Source: Chrysomallon squamiferum (Eukaryota > Animalia > Mollusca). From it: DNA of 64,000 nt. Shown here one piece after another: positions 54,834 through 64,000 of this stretch. The stretch is taken from positions 23,374,001-23,438,000 of the forward strand of contig CM022679.1 of NCBI GenBank assembly GCA_012295275.1. The letters are read 5' to 3'. The position numbers and the translations under genes are program-made. The notes beneath the pieces were generated by a model that worked only from the letters and a program-made list of their open reading frames with translations, did no database searches and was not told where the DNA came from. Position 1 is the first letter of the stretch. Every line of letters starts with the position of its first letter.

Positions 54834-57245
54834 TGTGAACTAGAGATACGTGACATTTCATATAAAAGACGGCTCGCTGGTAATCGCTACAGATATAGCG
54901 CCCACTAATCGTTACCGTCCGTCCAGTCCAGGCCAGTTTGATAGATTAACGTCAAGAACAGTGTCTCTGTACCTTAATAGGATACACCGCGTTAAAATAA
55001 CTGCCATTACAGATGTCTGCGGCCAACGGTAAACTCTCAGTGTGTTCAGTCTGAAGAGGAGTGACGTATCCCAGAACAAATCCACGTCTAAGGATGCTTG
55101 TTCAAGTAACAATACTTTATGTATTAGTTGATTCGCGACCAGAAAACAGTTTCTGCAGTAAAGAGTGCAATAACTAGTGCAATATTTATATGTTTTTGTA
55201 TATTTAAATATTATATGTGTGTATTTAGGATTGCATATTCTCTGTCTTTGGTACGTCTGGTTAGTCTCTCCAGTTAGACACTATTCGGGAAGGGTGTGGC
55301 ACAGGAGATTTGGCCAGAGTTGTTTGAAAAACAGAAAGAAAAAAAGAATCCAGCAAAAATATACAACACTTGTATCAATACAGAAACACGCTTAACTGTA
55401 TAAACATAAATATAACAATATGTTAGTATTTATCTGCAGAAGTATCCTCTATCAATATTTACGATATATATATATATATAATTGCTTTTTATTTATTTAT
55501 TTACTATTTTCATTATTATCTTTATTATTATTATAATCTTATTAGTATAATTATGTATAGATGGTATTCCGGCTATGGCGTCATTTCGAAGGACAAAAAT
55601 TATAAAGTATACCCATAAAGAAAATTTATAGCGTTCCTCGTTTCAGACTGAATAAGAGTGACCCTGAGACAGAAACAGTTGGTCATTAAACTTTAATCAA
55701 CATTTTAGCTAATGTCCTTAATACTAATTATCTTTCTTCACTTGAAGGTTATTAATTATTTCTGTTTCAGCAACAGCACTTATTTTCTGTAAATAACACG
55801 TGAGCAGGGATAGACTACGGTGCTTATAGTAATGTGCTAACGACAGAAGCATTAGTTCGCAGGTACATCTTCTGCGAGGCGAAGTGTAGATGATTTCCCG
55901 TTCCATCAAGTTCTCCGCGCTTGATATATCAAAACCATGATGCACTATTTTCAGTCTAGGACCAATGTGGTGAGAAAAATTAGATCAAAATGCGTGTACG
56001 TCAGATTTCCGTATTTATATAACCTTTACAAAATTATATTAATATAAATAATTATTGCTATTTTTGTTGTTATTATTATCATCATCATCAGCAGCAGCAG
56101 CAGCATCACCATCAGTATCATCATTATTATTATTATCTACAAAAGTTTGAAACTGCACGAACTTAATGATTAAAACAGGCCAGCTTGTTTTGGCTTCCTC
56201 GTTAAAGTCACGTTTTGGCGTCTTCGTTATTAGCAGAACGTGTTTCTGGACAATAGATGACCATATGTCGTTTGAAATGTCAGTTTCTGCAGAGGTCGCC
56301 GTGTGTGTTGAAGTTAGGACACGACGACAACTATTTTTATAACGTTCACCAGCGTTCAGTTTAAAATTCTTTTAACGTATCATAATTTGTTTTCTTAATA
56401 TTTAAATTACGATATGTTTTGCCTTATTTATTTATTTATCTGTTTATTTGCTTGCTTCTTTTTTTTTTTTTTTTTTTTTTATTTTATTTATGATTCCTTG
56501 TTTCTTTATTTCATATGTCAGTGCATACTTTTTGTGCATACGTCTGTCTGTCTGTCTGTCGTTTTTCATGAATATTACTCTTTGAATATGTTCATGTCTG
56601 CAATGGATGTATGGCTTTTTGTTGGCGTGTGTTGCTTTGTATGTTGATCTATTGTCTTCCCAGAAAAAAACAGTTTTGTAAGAATAATACACATTTATTT
56701 TCTACTTATTTTATTTTATTTTATTTTATTTTATTTTATTTTATTTTATTTTATTTATTTATATATTTGTTTGTTTGTTTGTTTGTTTTTTTTTTTTTTT
56801 ATTATTTTTTTTATTTATTCGTTCATATTTTTATTATTTATTTATGTTATATAATTATTTTTATTTATTTATATTTATATTTATTTCATATTCTCACTAA
56901 AAAAAAAAAAAAAAAGAAAATAGGGTGTGATGACCTCTGTAATATTACAGGACAGTTGTATTAAAAATACATCAATACACGTGTTAAAGCTGTTTTATAA
57001 AAATAATAGATTCTCCAACAAATTTGATGAAAAATCGGAAATTTGCGTGCAGGACAACTCAGTGACTAAGTGGCCCTATTTGTCTTAAATTGCGTATCAT
57101 ATATCGACATGTCTCGATAAAAACACAGTATAAAACCACTATCACATCAATTCTGTCGTCAAAATGACTATTGTTGTTATTATCGTTGTTGATGTTGTGC
57201 TGTTATAATCATCCATGTCATCATCTTCTTTATTATCTATTTTTT

Positions 57246-57315
<70 letters not shown>

Positions 57316-57404
57316 CTTAAAATTATTATTATTATTACTATTACTATTTATTTATGTAATTGTTTATTTATTTATTAGCAAACAGTTAATAAATGACATA
57401 TATA

Positions 57405-57505
57405 ATATAACATAACATAACAAAACATAAATGACATAACATAACATAACATAAAATGTCATAACATAGCATAACATAAACAGCGTAAAATAACAATAAC
57501 ATGAC
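57405..57505. repeat. (ATAAC)n pentanucleotide microsatellite
   Basis: CATAACATAACATAAC... read directly. Confidence 0.85.
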
Positions 57506-59044
57506 AGACAACAAATAATAATAATAAGAAGAAGAAGAAGAAGATCACACTGATCGATTTATCTGGTTTATTTTTCCTCATCGATCTGGGTCAAGCAGTG
57601 GGCGTGTCGATGAAACAGACATCCGAAATAGACAACACGTTATTTGATGACCCCCGACAATTCTGTTATAATCGAAAATCGATTTCCAATCGTGCACAGC
57701 GGCCTCGTTCTGACTGACTGCTGCTCCGCGAGACCGAACTAAAGAGACGAATGCGGATCCATAAAACGCCATTTTCGGAAGCGTCCTAACATTTACTGCG
57801 TCCGTTTTATTTCTGCTCAGAAATAAGAGTGGAAGAGCTTTGTGGAGAATTATGATTAGAAAAAAAAAAATAATGTGTTAGATAAAAAAATGTGAAAAAT
57901 AAGGATGAAAAACAAAAGAGAAAAATATAAAAAGCAAAATAATTGTGTAATTAATAATAATAGTGAAAAATATTGCAGAAAATTATCACTGTAAATATAT
58001 ATATATATATATTGCTTGATATATATATATATATATATATATGAAGTAATAGTAAAAAAATAATAATTAATAAAAAATAAATGAAAACTGTCTAGAACCG
58101 TAAATGTAAAAAGGTTTTAAAATATTTGAAAAATAATAGTAATAATGACAAGAAAATTAACAGTAAAAATTGTATTACCAACTTTTACAGTTCAAAATCA
58201 AGGTAACAGTAAAATCTGTAAAGAAAATTAATACAAAAAACTGCATAGAAAACTAGGAGTAAAAAATGCATATTGAAAAAAAAGCAACATAATATGCTCA
58301 ATAAAAATAGCTTCAAGAGACAATATTAATTTCATAAACAATATTTTATGGTTGCGGTTTCGACGCCCAAATTCGGCTGTAATTGTGTGTTTGTTTTGTT
58401 GTTTTGTTTTTTGTATTTTCCTTAAACGTCTCATGCTTCAGTACCTTACGACTCAGTCTTTAAAGTACAGACTCAGTCTTTACAGAATATTCAGGAATAT
58501 TACAAATAACCTGACAAAGAGATTAGACTTTTTATTTTTTTATTATTATTATTGTTGTTTTTTTTTGTTTTTGTTTTTTTGTTTTTTTTATGAGAAGTAA
58601 TCTGGATCAATATGTTTTTTGACAATTCTGCTTTAAAAAGTAATAATGTTAAAAATTAATTAATTAATAACAGTATGTTACACTTAATTCTCTTTTCTAA
58701 CGGTCAAAAGAAAGAATGTAAAATAAAATAAAAAGGCTAGTGACGTTATTTATATTCAAACACTGGAATAAAATAAAAACGAAACTGTATTTATTATTTA
58801 AAAAATAATAATAAAAAATACAAAATACAAAATACAAAAAAACAAGAAAAAAAAAACATTTTTATTTAACTTCTCTAATTTATTAAACCAAAATGAAAAG
58901 AAAGAGAAACATAGCCACCCACTGTTTAATGTCCCGTTCATCATGTTTCAGTATTCAGTAGTGCAAACTACAACTTCTGCATATACTGCTATTACTGCTG
59001 TAACTCACTAGTAATATATATATATATACAATATATTACTACTA

Positions 59045-59288
59045 CTGTTGTTGTTGTTGTTGTTGTTTGTGGTTGTGGTTAACAATAATAACAGTAATAC
59101 TGGTGGTAATGGTAGTAACAGCAACAACGATTGTAATAGTTGCAGGAGAAGTAGTAGTAGTGGTAGTTGTAGCAGTAGTATTAATAGTAGTAATGGTATT
59201 AGTAGTATAGTAGTGACAGTACTAACAGTGGTAATAGTAGTAATAGTAGTGTAGTAAAAGTAGTAACAGTAGTAGTAGCAGCAGAAAC

Positions 59289-59332
<44 letters not shown>

Positions 59333-59360
59333 AAGTAGCAGCAGCAGCAGCAGTTGCAGT
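59045..59360. repeat. Degenerate (TAG)n/(CAG)n tract
   Basis: Read directly. Confidence 0.85.
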
Positions 59361-60235
59361 AATTAAACTGTCAAAGTACAAAATTGAAAAATAAAAGTTA
59401 GTTGATCTGAATTAAACAAAAACTGAAGAACGAAAGATTGTAAAAATAACGAAATTAGTATTGACTGACATTTGATACAACAACAGCTGGGAGACTTTAT
59501 TTGCAAATAAAACTTGTCATCTGAAAATGCACGCAATTAATGACGAGCAAAACCGTTCATGCCCGCTTGTGTAGTGTCAGTGTGACCGTCTGTTATTTCT
59601 CTGTGTAAAATATAAGTAACGTTATGTGTGTGGTGTGTGTGTGCGCGCGCGCGTGTTTTTATGTGTGTGTGTGGTTGTGTGTGTTTGTAAATATATGACA
59701 TGATCGTATTGTTTCTTTCTGTATTTATGTTTAGGCATGGGTGTGTATGTCTGTGTATGTGTATGTGTATGTCTGTGTATGTATATGTGTATGTATGTGT
59801 ATGTTTATGTGTGTGTGTGTGTGTGTGTATGTGTCTGTGTGTGTGTTTTATATAACCTTACTATCTTACATAATTCCCTAGTTTGTTATAATGATAATGA
59901 CGACGACGCTCGCATATAACAACATCTAATGATTAATTAATTAATTTGTCAATTCGATAAATTTAGATAGATAGATAGACAGACAGAAGACAGATTATAT
60001 AGATAGATAAAATACTAAACTAATTACTTGCTACCACTAGAACTACTATTATTTTTGTGTATATAAATGTTAACGACATGAATTGAAGTAGACAAAAACT
60101 GGCATAAAGTTGTTCTCTGGAATCTATTTCGTGGCATGAAATCGATTGAATAAAACGAGAGATATCTGTGTTATTGCATCTGACCGCTGAGGTGGGAATC
60201 ATCTGAAAACGAAAAAGAGGTAATTAATCTTGAAC

Positions 60236-60535
<300 letters not shown>

Positions 60536-61002
60536 GTACGTATGTATATGTTTATCTATGTATCTATATAATAATGTATTTATGGCCTCAAAGATATACC
60601 CATACACAAACACGTATGCAATAATATATAATATTACACACTCAAACAGAATAATAAATTAGCTGCTTTCATTATTTTCTACACGTATGTTCAAGCCCAC
60701 GGCCAAAATACGAAAATGTGTCCAATAATTTGTTTTATACTTTATTTACGCCCAAAGCTGTTATTGTTCATAATTAACCAAACAGTACGTTGCAACATAA
60801 CGTTTTCTTTTTGTGGGTCATACGAAATGTTTTGTTTTATTAACAAACCAACGCCTTACGGGAATAGATGAAAATACTGACAAAGTTCTCTGTATTTGTT
60901 TTCATCGTAACGATTTTCATTAACAAAGACTGGAACAGATCCCGTTCTCCCAGTTAACGTAGTTTCAAATCTACAGTAATCTGTAAATATAGGTAACAGT
61001 AA

Positions 61003-61320
61003 GCTAATAATAATAATAATAATAATAAAAATAATAATAATAGTCCAACTTCAATTACTACAACTCCTACTATTGCTACTGCTACCACTACTACTACTAT
61101 TACTACTAATATGTACGTATGTATATGTTTATCTACTACTACTGCTACTACTACTACTACTACTAATAATAATAATAATAATAATCCCCTACAATTACTG
61201 CAACTACTACTATTGCTGCTACTACTCCTACTACTACTATTGCTGCTACTACTCCTACTACTACTATTACTGGTACTACTACTACTATACTACTACTAAT
61301 AATAATAATAATAATAATAA
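61003..61320. repeat. Compound (AAT)n/(CTA)n tract
   Basis: Read directly; includes a higher-order duplication of CTACTACTATTGCTGCTACTACTC. Confidence 0.9.
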
Positions 61321-62259
61321 ATATAACAACATCAACTAAACCAAAGGCATCAAGATAATCAGTGATATTAGAGATTACAGATACAAATCGCCGGTTTAGA
61401 TCTAATTAGGGTAATTTGTCACTCCAGAGACTTATTTTTATTTTATTTAACACATGAACGCTCATACAGCAGGACGGACAGACGAACATAGATAAATCAC
61501 ACAACCTTGACTTAGACAGACAGATACGTGATAAAATTTCGGTTCATCCATTATCTCAGTAAACTACTTAACGTAACTTCAGAAAATAGAAGTAATCTTA
61601 CTTTTAAATAAATAATGTTGTTCATAAACAAATTTATACAACTTTATTTTTTTTAAATAATAAATAAATAAATAAATAAATAAGAAAATACGTTTTAAAA
61701 AAACATAATAATAAATAAAAAATAATAATGAACAAAAAAAAGATGAAGTGTAAGAAAAGAAAAGAAAATTAACGTCGTATTTTCCATCTTGGCAAATTTA
61801 TCTCTTTGTCACACGACCCATGACCTCGACCTTTGACACCACTGACAAAGTGACTTCGTCTCACTCGTTTTCACTTTTTCTCAGTTTGACGAAACGTGGG
61901 ATATTTTCGTGCGACCTTTTGATATGAATAAATTACTCCGTGTCAGGCCGCTCTGACGCGTCACAATGACGAAGCATGTGAAGATGCGTTTGTTATCGTC
62001 TACTCTTACCAGCTTCCGTTGTATGACGATTTAAAGCACGCATGTCGTGCAAAAATCCTCTCTGATTTCAGCGTAACAGAGACCAAGATGATATATTTAT
62101 TGTTCGAAAAGATCATTAATTTCGATTTGACTATATAAAAATCATGAAGTATAAATTATCCCAACTGGGGAGCATTATCTAGAACGGGAAATCGTTACCG
62201 GATCAACACTGGAGAAAGCTTTCTGCGGTTATTATTTTTTTTTTGTGGGGGGGTGAGGG

Positions 62260-62365
62260 TAATCCTTTGTGTGGCACTAAGTAGAATGGGAAATATTCTA
62301 GAAGGGTACTGAGACGGAAAGATCCAGCTCGTACGTAATCTTCGATCGACAAACCACTCCCTTGA
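62260..62365 (-). mobile_element. Possible degenerate SINE 5' part
   Basis: The minus strand reads GGATCTTTCCGTCTCAGTACCCTT...TATTTCCCATTC..TAGTGCCACAC, loosely colinear with the copy at 36.8 kb. Confidence 0.25.
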
Positions 62366-62826
62366 AAGTGAAAGAAACTCATAATCAATATTACGTTGTT
62401 TAGTCAGTTCATTTACGTCAACTACAGTTTTAACTCTGCCGTCAGCCCAAAATACAGCGAGTGTCAGTCATTTCTGTCCAGGGAAGCCGTACATGTGTAA
62501 TTCAACACTTCCTTGTTTACAAGCGAAGAAATAAAGAGCAAATAAATGAAGCCATTTGACTGACGTCACAGAACCTGTCACGGTTCCTGCCACAGATTGT
62601 CATGTTTATGAGCTGTAACATTAACACGTGTGTCAGGTAGACGGGGAAACTGAGATATAAATAAAGCTGAGTGACAGAATGAACAAACGAAAAGATTTAT
62701 GGATGAATGAATGAATGAATGAATATGCATTGTGAGTAGATATTGAGGGAAATGTATATGGGTGTGTGTGTTTGTATTTGATAGAGAGTTTTTGTGTGTG
62801 AATGCATGTCTGAGATAGAGGGAGAA

Positions 62827-62875
<49 letters not shown>

Positions 62876-63908
62876 TTGTAACGCACAAAGACAGACAGTA
62901 ACACTGTGTGAATATCATCTTTCTGACTGTCTACCAGTCTCTCTGTCTGTTTCGAGCACATTATTGCTCCAAAGCTAAACGCTTTCTAATACGACTGTTA
63001 ATCAATGAATATAAGCGAATTAGTATCCTAAATACAACTGGATACGTGATGTTCTAACGGTGCAGTGTTATAATTATATCCAGAAAATACAATTTACACC
63101 GCAGAATCCTACAGACCGGAACAAGATGTCGGAAACTGTTTCCGTTAGCATCTGATGTCAGATGTAAAAAAAAAAAGTAAAATATCGATCCCGTCATATG
63201 ATAAATAGAATCAGATTAAAGTTATCACACAGAATTGAATCTGACGTTGTTCAGTAATGGAAGAAAGAGAGAACTGTAAATCTGTATGTGAGAAAAGGCA
63301 CGGAGAAAAGTTATATATAGAAAAAAGAAAAGAAAAAAGAAAGAGATAAAAATGAAAGATTAAAAAGAAAGAAAGAAAAGACAGATGAATTAAAACCAGC
63401 GAAAGAAAGATGGGAAAAATAAACAAAGGACTGGATGTGAAATGACAAGGTAAACGAAAAGAAAGAAAGAGAAGTGCAAAAGAGAGAAATATAACTAAAT
63501 ATAGAAAGAAGGACAAGACATAAAGAAAGACGCATGGAAGAAATGAATGAAACAGGTTTGTTATTAGAGATCCAAGACGAGATATAAACAGCCAAGAATG
63601 AAATAACGATACGAAAGAACGAAATCAGACTGAAAGAATAAAACAAATGTGTGATACCAAAAAAAAAAAAAACAGCCAGGTTTTTGACGAGAGAAAAACA
63701 GGACTTGATGAAAACAGACTGGGAGGAAGGCTGTGACGGACAATCATTTATAGTTTTTCTTCTTGACAGTCTTCAAGTCGTTTCTCATTATACTCGGTGA
63801 CTGATTCATAGCCCACAACGCGATCACGTGACACAAAGCCGTGTATTTCGTGACGTACAGGCAAAACCAACCCATAAAATCAAATGTTAGCGTTAATTTA
63901 TCAGTGAC

Positions 63909-63963
<55 letters not shown>

Positions 63964-64000
63964 TCGTTTTATTTTATTTATTATTTTTAAAATTTATTTA

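Noticed and set aside
55045-55160. CTGAAGA hammerhead core candidate
   Set aside because: No stem II/GAAA/stem III arrangement follows.

Overview
This is AT-rich, microsatellite-dense animal genomic DNA, almost entirely intronic or intergenic. Degenerate tRNA-SINE remnants suggest a mollusc (gastropod), but that is inference. The only convincing protein-coding sequence is one minus-strand exon (17438-16863) encoding an AT-hook-like motif, a poly-Thr tract and a complete SAND domain (KDWK) with a His/Cys cluster. It most resembles the N-terminus of invertebrate SAMD11/Samuel-type SAND+SAM proteins, and its downstream exons were not found in the window. Candidate upstream exons or promoters lie at about 17.8-18.2 kb and 49.4-50.6 kb. 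Mobile DNA comprises an internally deleted DD41D (rosa/Visitor) Tc1/mariner element with long TIRs, a foldback MITE, a Tigger-like remnant and several SINE fragments, plus minisatellites. The most striking unexplained feature is a window-wide, quasi-periodic alternation (about 0.8-0.9 kb) of short CpG-rich, TF-motif-rich islands with simple-repeat spacers. Nearly all ORFs in the supplied track are microsatellite artefacts. No rRNA, intact tRNA or CRISPR array was seen.
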